Part shown: piece by piece, positions 1 through 9,706 of the stretch
Layout: the number at the start of each line of letters is the position of its first letter
How positions within the stretch are numbered: position 1 is the stretch's first letter
DNA from: an uncultured Collinsella sp.
GTDB taxonomy: Bacteria > Actinomycetota > Coriobacteriia > Coriobacteriales > Coriobacteriaceae
Assembly: GCA_900542365.1 (NCBI GenBank)
Contig: UQNH01000001.1
Span: 33,130 to 97,129 of the forward strand
Length of the DNA stretch: 64,000 nt
Direction of reading: 5' to 3'
Translations under genes and position numbers: made by a program
The notes under the pieces: generated by a model
Databases searched by the model: none
What the model saw: only the letters and a program-made list of their open reading frames with translations
Told to the model about the DNA's origin: nothing

Positions 1-240
1 ACGGCGCCCGGTATCGACAAGGCCCGCGCGCTCGAGGGTGCCCTGCCCAAGCTCGGTATCGATGCCAGCGAGGTCGTCTCGTTTGGCGACGGCCAGAACG
101 ACAAGTCCATGATTGAGTGGGCGGGTACCGGTGTTGCCATGGGCAACGCCGTCGATGAGGTTAAGGCGGTAGCCCAGATGGTGACCGCCAATAACAACGA
201 AGACGGTATTGCAGTGGCGCTGGATAAGCTGCTGGGCTAG
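1..240 (+). CDS. Cof-type HAD-IIB phosphatase, C-terminal fragment (5' end outside window)
   Basis: Frame 1 is open from the window edge to TAG at 238-240. The translation ...VSFGDGQNDKSMIEWAGTGVAMGNAVDEVKAVAQMVT... carries the GDGxND HAD motif typical of Cof-like sugar phosphatases. Confidence 0.7.
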   Translation, partial: TAPGIDKARALEGALPKLGIDASEVVSFGDGQNDKSMIEWAGTGVAMGNAVDEVKAVAQMVTANNNEDGIAVALDKLLG

Positions 241-262
241 AATCGCCGATAATGCATGGTTC

Positions 263-288
263 GGGCGCCTGCTTACAGGCGCCCTTTT
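263..288 (+). terminator. Rho-independent terminator of the Cof-like gene
   Basis: Perfect 9-bp stem GGGCGCCTG / CAGGCGCCC with a 4-nt loop, followed by TTTT. It lies inside the track ORF 256-963, which argues against the ATG-256 start. Confidence 0.8.
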
Positions 289-303
289 GTTAGGGAGGGT
301 GCC

Positions 304-963
304 GTGTCCGCATTTCCGTTCGACGCCGTTATCTTTGACATGGACGGTGTCATTGTCGATACCGAGTATTACTATCTGGGCGAGACTGCCGCGTTTGCCA
401 AGGAGCTTGGGTTGAACCTGACCCAAGAGGAGTTGAACGGGCAGGTCGGTACCTCGCATCAGTTCTTTCTCCACATGCTGGTCGATTGGTTTGAGCGTGC
501 CGGTAAGGGACATTTTACTGGCGAGGAGGCGTTGGCCCGTTGGGATGAGTGGGCGCATAAACGTCCGCGCGACTATCAGACTTTGATTAACCCAGGCGCC
601 GTGGATACGATTCGAGAGCTGCCGCGCCGCGGCGTTCGCGTGGCGCTTGCTAGCTCGTCGCCCATGGATAGCATCGAGGAAGTACTCAATGCGTGCGGGC
701 TGTCGGATGCCTTTGAGTATGTGGTGAGTGGCGAGCAGTTTAAGGAGAGCAAGCCCGAGCCCGACATCTACCTGCATGCGCTTGACCTACTGGGGCTGCC
801 CGCGAATCGCTGCTGCTGCGTTGAGGATTCGGTGCCTGGCATCACTGCCGGCAAGCGCGCCGGTCTGACAGTTATTGCCAAGCGCGAGGAGCGCTTTGGC
901 TTTAGCCAAGATGCCGCGGACAAGATTATCGACCAGCTGCCGGAGCTGCTCACGCTTTCTTAG
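304..963 (+). CDS. HAD-IA hydrolase (beta-phosphoglucomutase/phosphatase-like)
   Basis: DxDG motif in AVIFDMDGVIVDTE. GTG-304 is preceded by AGGGAGGG at 292-299. C-terminal motif VEDSVPGITAGKRAG. Confidence 0.8.
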   Translation: MSAFPFDAVIFDMDGVIVDTEYYYLGETAAFAKELGLNLTQEELNGQVGTSHQFFLHMLVDWFERAGKGHFTGEEALARWDEWAHKRPRDYQTLINPGAVDTIRELPRRGVRVALASSSPMDSIEEVLNACGLSDAFEYVVSGEQFKESKPEPDIYLHALDLLGLPANRCCCVEDSVPGITAGKRAGLTVIAKREERFGFSQDAADKIIDQLPELLTLS

Positions 964-1113
964 GAGCGCGGTAGTTGCGCGTTTTTCGGGTCTGATGAGT
1001 AAATAGCCAACATTTTGGTGCGACACCTAGCATACTTTAAGCTAATGCGGGCTTAAGGGCTTGTTGAATGCCTTTAAGCCCGTTTTAGAATTAATTGTGC
1101 TGGGAGAGGGTAT

Positions 1114-1857
1114 ATGCCACCGACTGAAGGGCCGACTGACGGTAAAGCAGCGATACCGCTGTACCAACAGGTCATTGATATCATTAAAAACGAAATCAAC
1201 TCCGGCGCCTACAAGGCAGGCGCGCGGATACCCAACGAATTCGAATTGGCTGAGAGCTATAAAGTTGGCCGCGTTACCGTGCGACGCGCTATTGAGGAGC
1301 TCGTCCAGCAGGGCTATCTAACGAAGCGACAGGGGAAAGGCACGTTTGTCAATGCCCCCAAGCTCAAGCGCAAGATTCGCCAGAAGGATGACGTTCAGAG
1401 TTTTTCGGACGCATGCCGCGTTAACGGAATGGAACCGGGGGCGTGTGTCATTTCGAGAAAGATACTGCCGGCGGATTCCACCGAAGCACAGTTCTTTGGT
1501 GTTCCCGTTGGAACTGACTTGATTTGCGTTGAGCGCGTGCGCACTGCCGATGGCGTCCCTGTCATGCTTGAGAACAACATATATGTTTACGAGGACAACG
1601 CCTATCTATCAACGGCACCTCTATCTAACCAATCCATTTTTGAGTTCGTGCGCAACCGGACGGGCCGCACGCCCGCGTTTACCGACCCGTGCACGCTCGA
1701 GATCGCCTGCGCGTCGCCCGAGGTCGCTCGACTGTTGGCAGTTCCCGTTGGCGAACCCTTGTTTTATATGGAAGCCTTCTTTTTCGATGAGCAGCGGCGG
1801 CCGTTTATCATCGGTCGTCAGCGAATCGTTGGGTCTCGCTACGTTTTTGACATCTAG
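1114..1857 (+). CDS. GntR/HutC-family transcriptional regulator (FrlR-like, UTRA effector domain)
   Basis: N-terminal wHTH IPLYQQVIDIIKNEINSGAYKAGARIPNEFELAESYKVGRVTVRRAIEELVQQGYL. RBS GGAGAGGG. Lies upstream of the frl-like operon. Confidence 0.85.
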   Translation: MPPTEGPTDGKAAIPLYQQVIDIIKNEINSGAYKAGARIPNEFELAESYKVGRVTVRRAIEELVQQGYLTKRQGKGTFVNAPKLKRKIRQKDDVQSFSDACRVNGMEPGACVISRKILPADSTEAQFFGVPVGTDLICVERVRTADGVPVMLENNIYVYEDNAYLSTAPLSNQSIFEFVRNRTGRTPAFTDPCTLEIACASPEVARLLAVPVGEPLFYMEAFFFDEQRRPFIIGRQRIVGSRYVFDI

Positions 1858-1869
1858 GACATTGCGAAT

Positions 1870-1905
1870 GGAAGCGCCCGGTGGATCATCTCACCGGGCG
1901 TTTCC
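1870..1905 (+). terminator. Hairpin after the GntR gene (possible terminator)
   Basis: 14-bp stem GGAAGCGCCCGGTG / CACCGGGCGTTTCC with one G-U pair and an 8-nt loop. The T-tract is weak. Confidence 0.45.
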
Positions 1906-1996
1906 ATACCGTTCACGGCGCAAACGCAACCGTTCAACCGCGTTGCGGCAATCAGTTTGAAATTATCTTGATGAAGGAAAAAGCTGCTGGTAATCT

Positions 1997-2033
1997 ATAG
2001 AACGTCATAGAACGTTTGCATTGTGCAAACGTT
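1997..2033 (+). promoter_or_regulatory. Candidate operator upstream of the transporter gene
   Basis: Direct repeat ATAGAACGT at 1997-2005 and 2007-2015, overlapping a perfect palindrome AACGTTTGCA-TTG-TGCAAACGTT at 2011-2033. It sits 43 nt upstream of the ATG at 2076. Confidence 0.5.
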
Positions 2034-2075
2034 GAAGCGAGATGCGATGCAGTCTCGAGTTCTTTGGAGGTATCT

Positions 2076-3539
2076 ATGTCAGATACGAAGGCGAAGAAGA
2101 CAAACAGACGTTTTAAGTTCAAATTACCGCATGTCTATACGATAATGTTCTTGCTGATCGTTGTCTTTGCGGTCCTGACTTGGATCGTTCCCTCTGGTCA
2201 GTATCAGCGCAAGACGATTTCGACAGCGGCGGGCGAGCGTGAAGTCGCCGTTGCTGGAACCTATGAACAGGTCGATAAGAACTACACCGATTCCGAGACC
2301 GGTGAGACCATCAATTTGGGCCAGGATATCTTCGCGGTCCTGCAAGCGCCCACCAAAGGTATCCAAGAGGCTGCCGACGTCGTTGCGTTCGTCTTATTGA
2401 TTGGCGGATCGTTCGCAATCATCACCAAGACCAACGCTTTGAATGCCGGCATGAGCCGTGTGATTAAAAAGCTTAAGAACAAGGACATCCTCATCATTCC
2501 CATCACGATGACGTTGCTGTCCATTTGCGGCACTACGTTTGGTATGTCTGAGGAAGCCCTGCCGTTCTATGCCATCTTCATTCCCATCATGATGGGTATC
2601 GGTTATGACTCGATGACGGCATTCATCATCTGCTTCCTTGGCCCTAACCTGGGATATTGTGCCTCGACCATCGACCCGTTTAATGTTTTGATCGCCCAAG
2701 GCATCATTGGCATCGAGGGCAATCCGCAACTGTGGCTGCGCGCCGTTTCTTGGGTCATCTTCACTGCCGTCGGTATCGCATGGGCCATGCGCTACGCCAT
2801 GCGCGTCAAGAAAAACCCCGAGTCGTCCATTACGTATGAGGACGATAAGCTCAAGCGTATCGAGTTTTCCGTGACCGATGCCTCCATTGAGGAAGAGTTC
2901 ACTATCCGTCAGAAGCTCGTGCTTATCGATTTTGCTTGCGGTATGGGCATTATCGTCTGGGGTCTTGTTACCCAGGGCTGGTACATGAATGAGATTTCCG
3001 CCGTGTTCCTTGGCATGGGCTTGCTTGCCGGTATCCTGGGCGGTCTTGACCAGCAGACGATCGCTGAGGAGTTCGTTAAGGGTCTCGCCGACTTTGCGTA
3101 CGCTGCCATCGTTATTGGTATCGCTCGCGGTATTCTGGTCATCGCCGAGGGCGGCATGATCATCGACACCATCCTCCAGGCGCTCGCTACTGCGCTCGCC
3201 GGTGCACCCGCCGCCGTCTACACCACGTTTATGTATATCGTCCTTGGCCTGCTCTCTTTGCTGGTTCCCTCGAGTTCTGGCCTGGCGGCGCTCACCATGC
3301 CTGTTATGGGCCCCCTGACCGAGCTTATGGGCCTCAATCCCGAGGCAGCCGTTACCGCGCTCCAGTTTGCTAATCAGACCATCAACACCATCAGTCCCGT
3401 GGCGGGCATGACGGTCGCCGGCCTTGCCGTGGCTAAGATTTCGTTTGGCCAATGGTGGAAGACCATTTGGAAGTTCTTCATTTTCATGGTCGTCTTTGGC
3501 CTGATCGTAACGGCAATCTCTGGCATGCTTCCGATGTAG
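2076..3539 (+). CDS. YfcC-family (DcuC/ArcD-like) membrane transporter
   Basis: MSDTKAKKTNRRFKFKLPHVYTIMFLLIVVFAVLTWIVPSGQY is the typical YfcC N-terminus and the protein is polytopic. ATG-2076 was chosen because the track start at 2016 lies inside the operator palindrome. Confidence 0.8.
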   Translation: MSDTKAKKTNRRFKFKLPHVYTIMFLLIVVFAVLTWIVPSGQYQRKTISTAAGEREVAVAGTYEQVDKNYTDSETGETINLGQDIFAVLQAPTKGIQEAADVVAFVLLIGGSFAIITKTNALNAGMSRVIKKLKNKDILIIPITMTLLSICGTTFGMSEEALPFYAIFIPIMMGIGYDSMTAFIICFLGPNLGYCASTIDPFNVLIAQGIIGIEGNPQLWLRAVSWVIFTAVGIAWAMRYAMRVKKNPESSITYEDDKLKRIEFSVTDASIEEEFTIRQKLVLIDFACGMGIIVWGLVTQGWYMNEISAVFLGMGLLAGILGGLDQQTIAEEFVKGLADFAYAAIVIGIARGILVIAEGGMIIDTILQALATALAGAPAAVYTTFMYIVLGLLSLLVPSSSGLAALTMPVMGPLTELMGLNPEAAVTALQFANQTINTISPVAGMTVAGLAVAKISFGQWWKTIWKFFIFMVVFGLIVTAISGMLPM

Positions 3540-3548
3540 GTGGTTGTG

Positions 3549-5132
3549 ATGTCTGATCGTTTGACGGTCCTGACGTCTAAGAGCGTCTTTACCGGTACGG
3601 GGGACCTGCCGTTTGAAGGTTTCGTAGCGGTCCGTGGCAATCGAATTGAGGCTGTTGGCACCAAGTGTGAGGTAGCTTCGTATTTGACCCAAGCGGACGA
3701 GGTAGTTGACCTGGGCGACCGCACCGTCATGCCTGGCCTGATCGATGTGCATACCTTCTATACGGGCTGGGCGCTGCGGACGTTGGGGTCTGATCTATCC
3801 GGCGTCGCCGATGCCAAAGAGGCCGTGTCGCTCTTGCGTGCATGGAAAGATGATCATCCGGATTGTGCGGCGGCTTTTGGCCACAACATGCCCGAAACGT
3901 TGGCATCGGATGCCGAGAACGCAAATACGGCAGCTGTGTTTGACGATTGTTTTGGCGATATCCCTGTCGTCTGCTTTACACCGGGTGCGGAGACCTGCGT
4001 TCTCAATGCTGCCGCCAGTGCGCGATACGGCTTTACACCCCAGGCGTGCTATGCCGAGAAGATCTGGCGCATGATGAGCGATTTCCTCGCGCTACCCGAG
4101 GTGCGCGCCGGGTATTCGGACTACATGAGCATGCTTAACGAGCGCGGCGTTACCGCCATCAAGGAGATGGCGTTTGATGACTACTACGGCTTTGCCGACG
4201 AAATGGCTCGCCGTGAGGAATCTGGTGAGCTGACGGTTCGCGTCTCTATGATGTCGCAGCCGGTGGGTGCCGGTGCAAATTTGGCATATGCCCGCGAGGC
4301 GCGAGAGCGCTTCCGGGGACCGTTCGTTCGTTTTTCTGGCTTCAACCGTATGACCGATCGCGGCGTATGGGCGGGGCTTGCCGAGATGATTGACCCCTAT
4401 GAGGACACGGCCGATGCGGGAGCTGCCGGCAAGACGGTTGTCGAAGAGCCCGAGTGGGATCTGATTGAGAACGAGCTGCGTGCAATTGATGCTGACGGCT
4501 TCCGATATTCCTTGCATTGCCAGGGCGATGGCGCCGTTCGCCGCACCGTGGCGCTCTATGCCTCGCTGCCTCGAGACGAGCATGGACGGATGCTTCGCCG
4601 CCATGCGATTACCGATCTCGAGAACTCTGACCCGACCGATCTTGTCGAGTTTGGCAAGTTAGGCGGAATTTGCGAGGTCTATCCGCAGATTCTGACGCTG
4701 GACCGGCGCGAGGATTGCCTGTCGATGATGCGTCGACAAATTGGCGAGACGCGACTTTTGCACAGCTGGAATCGCCGCGGCATGGAAGATTCCGGATGCA
4801 CAGTGTGCTGTGGAACGGATTTGCCACTGCTGATTCCGAGCCTGGGCGAGTCAATCTACAGCGCGTGCGGCGGATTCTTCGCCGACGGACTGCCCGTGAA
4901 TGAGGTCAACACGCTGACGCTTGTCGAGCTCTTGCGCGCTTGGACTGCCGGGGGCGCGTACGATCTGATGCGCGAAGACGAGCTGGGTACGCTTGAGGTT
5001 GGCAAGCTTGCCGATATCTGCGTGCTCAATCGGGATGTGTTCGACCTCGATTATCGCGACGCACGCGATCTTGCGGTTGATATGACGATGTCGGACGGAC
5101 AAATCGTGTTCGATCGAAATAAGGAGGCATAA
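3549..5132 (+). CDS. Amidohydrolase-3 family metal-dependent hydrolase
   Basis: VMPGLIDVHTF metal-binding start motif; about 527 aa. RBS AGGTGG 5 nt upstream of ATG-3549. Confidence 0.7.
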   Translation: MSDRLTVLTSKSVFTGTGDLPFEGFVAVRGNRIEAVGTKCEVASYLTQADEVVDLGDRTVMPGLIDVHTFYTGWALRTLGSDLSGVADAKEAVSLLRAWKDDHPDCAAAFGHNMPETLASDAENANTAAVFDDCFGDIPVVCFTPGAETCVLNAAASARYGFTPQACYAEKIWRMMSDFLALPEVRAGYSDYMSMLNERGVTAIKEMAFDDYYGFADEMARREESGELTVRVSMMSQPVGAGANLAYAREARERFRGPFVRFSGFNRMTDRGVWAGLAEMIDPYEDTADAGAAGKTVVEEPEWDLIENELRAIDADGFRYSLHCQGDGAVRRTVALYASLPRDEHGRMLRRHAITDLENSDPTDLVEFGKLGGICEVYPQILTLDRREDCLSMMRRQIGETRLLHSWNRRGMEDSGCTVCCGTDLPLLIPSLGESIYSACGGFFADGLPVNEVNTLTLVELLRAWTAGGAYDLMREDELGTLEVGKLADICVLNRDVFDLDYRDARDLAVDMTMSDGQIVFDRNKEA

Positions 5133-5133
5133 G

Positions 5134-5985
5134 ATGTCTGAATCCAAACCGACGCTGCGCCGCGAACAGATTGCGGGCATGAATATCCACTACATCATGT
5201 GGTCGCTCGATTACTTCCTTGATGTGCAGCAGCGTTTGGGCTTTGAGTCCATTGAGCTGTGGTGTGCGGAGCCGCATGTGACGCTCGACCACACGGGCTA
5301 CTTTGAGGCTGAGGTCCTGGCGAAAAAGGCTGCAGACCGTGGGCTTAGGTATCGTACTCTGTGCCCCGAGAATGTTGTCTATCCTTGGCAGTACTGCGCA
5401 CGCAAACCGCTGCATGAACAGCGCAGCCTGGCGTACTTTAAGCACGGCATTGAGCTTGCCGAGGTACTTGGGTGCGACCGTATGTCCGTCAACTCGGGCT
5501 GGGGCGACTGGGACGAGGACCGCGAGGAAGCCTGGAAGCGCAGCCGCGAGCACTTGTCCATTCTGGCGGAGTATGCCGGTGAGCACGGTCTGGTGCTTAC
5601 GATGGAAAGCCTGCGTCCCGAGGAGAGCAACCTTGTAACGACGGTTTCCGATGCGAAGCGCATGATTGACGAGGTCGCGAGCCCGTACTTACAGCCCATG
5701 GTTGATACAACCGCGATGGGCGTTGCGGGCGAGACGCTCGAGGACTGGTTTGCCGCCTTTGGTGATGGGGCAATTCACGAGATGCACTTTATCGACGGTG
5801 ACCCGTATGGCCATCTGGTGTGGGGCGATGGCAAGCACGATATGGACGCCTTCGTCGCCACGCTTAATGCCCATGGTTTCGATGGCATGCTGGGCCAGGA
5901 AATCACGGACGGGCGTTACTACGATGACCCGGCGGCGGCAGATGCCAAGAACATGGCCGCATTCGAGAAATATCTGATTGACTAA
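5134..5985 (+). CDS. Xylose-isomerase-like TIM-barrel sugar isomerase/epimerase (FrlC-like)
   Basis: 283 aa, RBS AAGGAGG, placed between an amidohydrolase and an FrlB-like SIS gene. E. coli FrlC belongs to the same fold family. Confidence 0.65.
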   Translation: MSESKPTLRREQIAGMNIHYIMWSLDYFLDVQQRLGFESIELWCAEPHVTLDHTGYFEAEVLAKKAADRGLRYRTLCPENVVYPWQYCARKPLHEQRSLAYFKHGIELAEVLGCDRMSVNSGWGDWDEDREEAWKRSREHLSILAEYAGEHGLVLTMESLRPEESNLVTTVSDAKRMIDEVASPYLQPMVDTTAMGVAGETLEDWFAAFGDGAIHEMHFIDGDPYGHLVWGDGKHDMDAFVATLNAHGFDGMLGQEITDGRYYDDPAAADAKNMAAFEKYLID

Positions 5986-6047
5986 AACAACTATCGGCCA
6001 CGCAGCCAACGTCATTGATTGCGGACCAAACAAGAAAGGAACTGGAT

Positions 6048-7016
6048 ATGAACGCACACGATCTGATCAAAGAGGCAATTGCCGAGAAGGGCAAGTTCGA
6101 CAGCGTCTACTGGATTGCTTGCGGTGGCTCCATGATCGATTTGATCCCGGCTCATGAGCTTCTGCAGCGCGAGGCAACCACCTTCACTTCGTATATCTAT
6201 ACGGCTCGCGAGTTTGATATCATGCGCCCGCGCCGCTTGGGTGAGAAATCCCTAGTCATTGCTTGCAGCCACAGTGGCAACACCCCCGAGGTCGTCGAGG
6301 GCTGCGAGATTGCCCTTGCTGCCGGCGCTACGGTGATCGCCCAGACCGACAACGCTGGATCCAAGATTGACTCCGGCAAGTGGACCACGTGGGTCTACCC
6401 CTGGGGCGAGGGCGTGCCGCAGGCCGAGGTCCCCGCTGGCATTTCGCTGTCGCTTGCGGCCGAGCTGCTCGATCAGCAGGAGGGTTACGCCGATCTTGCC
6501 GATATGTATGCCGGTATCGCCGAGATGGATAAGATTCTTCCCCCGGCACGTGAGAAGGTAAATGCCGAGCTAGGTGATCGTTTTGCCAAGCTTTGCCAGG
6601 AGCACGAGTTCTTCTACATTCTGGGCAGCGGTCCCAACTTTAGCCAGACCTACGGTTTCGCTATCTGCTCTCTTATGGAGATGCAGTGGCAGCACTGCAG
6701 CTACATCCACTCTGCCGAGTACTTCCACGGCCCCTTCGAGGCTACTCAGGATGGCGTTTTTTACTTCCTGCAGATGGGCTCCAGCGAGTGCCGTGCTATG
6801 GACGAGCGCGCCCTTGCGTTCCTTAAGACGCATACCGATACGCTGATGGTGCTCGATGCCAAGGAGTACGGTATGGAAGCCGTGCCGGCGAGTGTCCGTG
6901 CCTATCTGGACCCGGTGCTGTTCTACGCCATGAACTGCGAGCTGCGTGCTGCACGCGGCAAGGTGTTTGATCACGATCCCGATTTCCGTCGCTATATGGG
7001 TGTTGTCGAGTACTAG
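6048..7016 (+). CDS. SIS-domain protein, fructosamine-6-phosphate deglycase-like (FrlB-like)
   Basis: VYWIACGGSMIDL and LVIACSHSGNTPE are SIS signatures. About 322 aa with two SIS halves. RBS AAAGGA. Confidence 0.7.
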   Translation: MNAHDLIKEAIAEKGKFDSVYWIACGGSMIDLIPAHELLQREATTFTSYIYTAREFDIMRPRRLGEKSLVIACSHSGNTPEVVEGCEIALAAGATVIAQTDNAGSKIDSGKWTTWVYPWGEGVPQAEVPAGISLSLAAELLDQQEGYADLADMYAGIAEMDKILPPAREKVNAELGDRFAKLCQEHEFFYILGSGPNFSQTYGFAICSLMEMQWQHCSYIHSAEYFHGPFEATQDGVFYFLQMGSSECRAMDERALAFLKTHTDTLMVLDAKEYGMEAVPASVRAYLDPVLFYAMNCELRAARGKVFDHDPDFRRYMGVVEY

Positions 7017-7030
7017 AAGGGGCAAAGGCC

Positions 7031-7894
7031 ATGGCATTTAACGTTAACGCGCTCGGATTTGGCGACAACGTCGTCGATCGCTACGAGCATATCCACACCA
7101 TGTATCCCGGCGGCAATGCGGTGAACTTCGCCGTTTATGCCAAGAAATGCGGTGCCGCACGCTCTGCATACATGGGCATTTTTGGCAATGACGCCGCTGC
7201 CGAGCATGTCATTGCAAGCCTCGAGGATGAGGGTATCGAGCTTGACAAGTGCGAGCAGATGATTGGCGAGAACGGAGCGGCTCGCGTGACCGTCGTTGAC
7301 GGTGACCGTGTCTTCCTCGGCTCCAACGAGGGCGGTATCCGTGGCGATGCGCGCTATGTTCTCGATCGCTTTGACCTTTCGTACATGAAGCAGTTCGATG
7401 TGGTTCATTCGGGCAACTATTGCTTCACCGAGCGCGAGCTGCCCAAGTTGAAGGCTGCGGGCGTCACGGTCTCTTTTGACTTTTCGGACGACTCCACCGA
7501 CGAGTACTACGAGCAGATTGCGCCCTATGTCGATTTTGCTTTCTTTAGTGCGGCGGATGCCGCGAGTGAGGACGAGATTCGCGAGCGTCTGGCATGGGTG
7601 AAGGGTCTGGGTCCGCGTTTTGTGTCGGCTACGGCGGGCGCCGAGGGCTGCATCGCTTACGACGGCGAGCGTTATTACCGCCAGCTGGCTAAACCGGTAA
7701 CGGACATGAAGGACACCATGGGGGCGGGCGACTCGTTCCTCACCTCGTTTTTGATGTGCTATCTCGATTCCGCCAAGCGTGGTGAGGGCGGCGCCGAGGC
7801 CATCGAGCGCGCGCTCGACTTTGCTGCCGGGTTTGCCTCGACCGTGTGCGGCATGGAAGGTTCTTGGGGCCACGGAGCACCAATCGTCGAATAG
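7031..7894 (+). CDS. frlD: PfkB-family fructoselysine/fructosamine 6-kinase
   Basis: GDNVVDRY...GGNAVNFAVY and DTMGAGDSFLTSFL closely parallel E. coli FrlD motifs (GDNCVDIY...GGNAVNVAVY, DTMGAGDSFIAGFL; recalled from memory). Confidence 0.7.
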   Translation: MAFNVNALGFGDNVVDRYEHIHTMYPGGNAVNFAVYAKKCGAARSAYMGIFGNDAAAEHVIASLEDEGIELDKCEQMIGENGAARVTVVDGDRVFLGSNEGGIRGDARYVLDRFDLSYMKQFDVVHSGNYCFTERELPKLKAAGVTVSFDFSDDSTDEYYEQIAPYVDFAFFSAADAASEDEIRERLAWVKGLGPRFVSATAGAEGCIAYDGERYYRQLAKPVTDMKDTMGAGDSFLTSFLMCYLDSAKRGEGGAEAIERALDFAAGFASTVCGMEGSWGHGAPIVE

Positions 7895-8015
7895 CTTAAG
7901 AAAGCGTACGGCGGTCTGGCTATGAGGCCTTGGACAGCCGATGCAAAACAATAAGCGAAACGCGAAAAGGGGGCTCGCCATGTGGTGGGTCCCCTTTTGA
8001 ACATTGGAGAAGACC

Positions 8016-8816
8016 ATGGGTATTAAAGCGTGTGCGGCTGGTTTTTGCTGTGCGGACGTCTATCAAAACATCGGCGTGTTCTATCCGACTGGTAATGGCA
8101 TTGACTGGGGTATCCATCTTGCACGATTGGGCGTTTCGGTATCCGCCGTGTCGGTTGTCGGCAAGGACGAGTACGGAGACAAGATGAGAGAGGCGCTGGC
8201 CGCCGAGGGGTTTGATATCTCTCATCTGCGGGTGGAGGATGGCGACACCTCGGTGATGCTCATGGCATTGAAAGACGGCGTCGATCGCGTGCATCTCGAG
8301 GCAATCGATGGCGTAATGGAGACATATCGTCCGAATGAAGATGACCGGGCGTTTATCCTAGAGCATGACATCATTCATACCGACCTGTTTGGCAATTGTT
8401 TGGACCTCCTGCCCGAGTGGCATAATGCGGGCAAGACGGTGGTTATGGACTTCTCGGTGTTCAGCCAAGATCCCGAATATGCCTGCGAGAATCATTTTCC
8501 CTACGTTGACTACGCATTTATGTCGTTTGAAGATGACACTCCGGAGCTGCGGGACTGGGTACGTCACGCGCAGGAATTGGGGCCGCGCGTTGCGGTTGCC
8601 ACGCTTGGCGAGAAGGGAAGCATTGCCTATGACGGTGAGCGCTTCTATGAGTGCGGGATCGTGCCGGCGGAGAAGGTCGTTAATACCGTGGGTGCCGGCG
8701 ACTCGTATATCGCCGGGTTTACCAAGGGCGTGATCGATGGCCTTGATATTCCGGCGTGTATGAAGGCGGGCGCTGAGCTGTCGTCCCGAGTGATTGGTTC
8801 GTTTGAGCCGTACTAG
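8016..8816 (+). CDS. Second, divergent PfkB-family sugar/fructosamine kinase
   Basis: C-terminal NTVGAGDSYIAGF PfkB signature. Same overall layout as the upstream kinase, but the N-terminal motif has diverged (CCADVY...TGNGIDWGIHL). Confidence 0.65.
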   Translation: MGIKACAAGFCCADVYQNIGVFYPTGNGIDWGIHLARLGVSVSAVSVVGKDEYGDKMREALAAEGFDISHLRVEDGDTSVMLMALKDGVDRVHLEAIDGVMETYRPNEDDRAFILEHDIIHTDLFGNCLDLLPEWHNAGKTVVMDFSVFSQDPEYACENHFPYVDYAFMSFEDDTPELRDWVRHAQELGPRVAVATLGEKGSIAYDGERFYECGIVPAEKVVNTVGAGDSYIAGFTKGVIDGLDIPACMKAGAELSSRVIGSFEPY

Positions 8817-8843
8817 GGTCAAATGCCTGGAAAGGAGTACGAA

Positions 8844-9704
8844 ATGGTTATCGACATGTTGGTCCATCCTATGCTCTACGGCGAGATCTGTACGCCGGGT
8901 GATGAGCCTGATGGATTCGGTTTTTGGTCACGAGAATTTGGTATGGGGCATATGGGCCCCATGGATTGGGATGAGCTTCAAGTCGAGATGGACGTCTGCG
9001 ATGTGCAGAAGAGCGTGCTCATGCCGCTCGATGTAACCACGGCATGCGGAGGGCACTTTGGCACCAATGACCAGATTGCCATGCTGGTTGCCGCACATCC
9101 CGATCGTCTGTGGGGATTTGCGAGCGTAGACCCGCAGGTGAGCGGTGCCGCAGACGAATTGGAGCGCGCCTTTACCGAGTTGGGGGCAAAGGGGCTTTGC
9201 CTGCATCCTGCAAAGCAGGGTTTTGCCCCCGATGATGCTGTGGCCGAGCCGCTTTACGAACTGTGCGAGCGCTATAACAAGCCGGTGGTTTTCCATGCCG
9301 GTATGTCTTGGGAGCCGGGCGCAGAGCTCTCGCGCAGTAACCCGCTTGCATTTGAGCACACAATCGCAACGCATCCAAATGTGCGTTTTAGTTTGACCCA
9401 TTTTGGCTGGCCCTGGGTGCGCGAGACCGTGGCGATGCTGCTCAAGTATCCCAACTGCTACGTGGACACCTCTATCACTTACATCGATTCGCCCGAGGAG
9501 ATGATGCAGCGTCTTTTCACGGTCGATATGGGGCCGCTGTGGTATGAGCGCGCGCTATCGCACCAAGTGATGTTCGCCAGCAATACGCCGCGCTTCCGTG
9601 CATTCAAACTCAAGCGGGCGCTCGATACCGTGCCCATGCGCGATGACGCGCGAGAAAGGCTCTACTGGGGTAATGCCCTGCGTTTTCTTGAAGGGGATGA
9701 GTGA
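8844..9704 (+). CDS. Amidohydrolase-2 (ACMSD-like TIM-barrel) family protein
   Basis: MVIDMLVHP start, FHAG and THFGWPW motifs. RBS AAGGAG 6 nt before ATG-8844. Confidence 0.65.
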   Translation: MVIDMLVHPMLYGEICTPGDEPDGFGFWSREFGMGHMGPMDWDELQVEMDVCDVQKSVLMPLDVTTACGGHFGTNDQIAMLVAAHPDRLWGFASVDPQVSGAADELERAFTELGAKGLCLHPAKQGFAPDDAVAEPLYELCERYNKPVVFHAGMSWEPGAELSRSNPLAFEHTIATHPNVRFSLTHFGWPWVRETVAMLLKYPNCYVDTSITYIDSPEEMMQRLFTVDMGPLWYERALSHQVMFASNTPRFRAFKLKRALDTVPMRDDARERLYWGNALRFLEGDE

Positions 9705-9706
9705 AC

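Noticed and set aside
256-303. ATG-256 start for the HAD hydrolase, as given in the ORF track
   Set aside because: The upstream gene's perfect terminator hairpin (263-288) lies inside this extension. GTG-304 has a strong AGGGAGGG SD.
2394-3752. 452-aa minus-strand ORF antisense to the YfcC transporter and amidohydrolase genes. Similar long antisense ORFs occur at 15282-16619, 26115-27926, 28090-29409, 29587-30561, 33279-34160, 34345-35706, 37037-37951, 43513-45276, 49310-50881, 61983-63041 and 63326-63937.
   Set aside because: These are typical shadow ORFs of a high-GC genome. Their translations are Arg/Gly/Ala/His-rich with no recognisable motifs, whereas the opposite strand encodes clearly recognisable conserved proteins.
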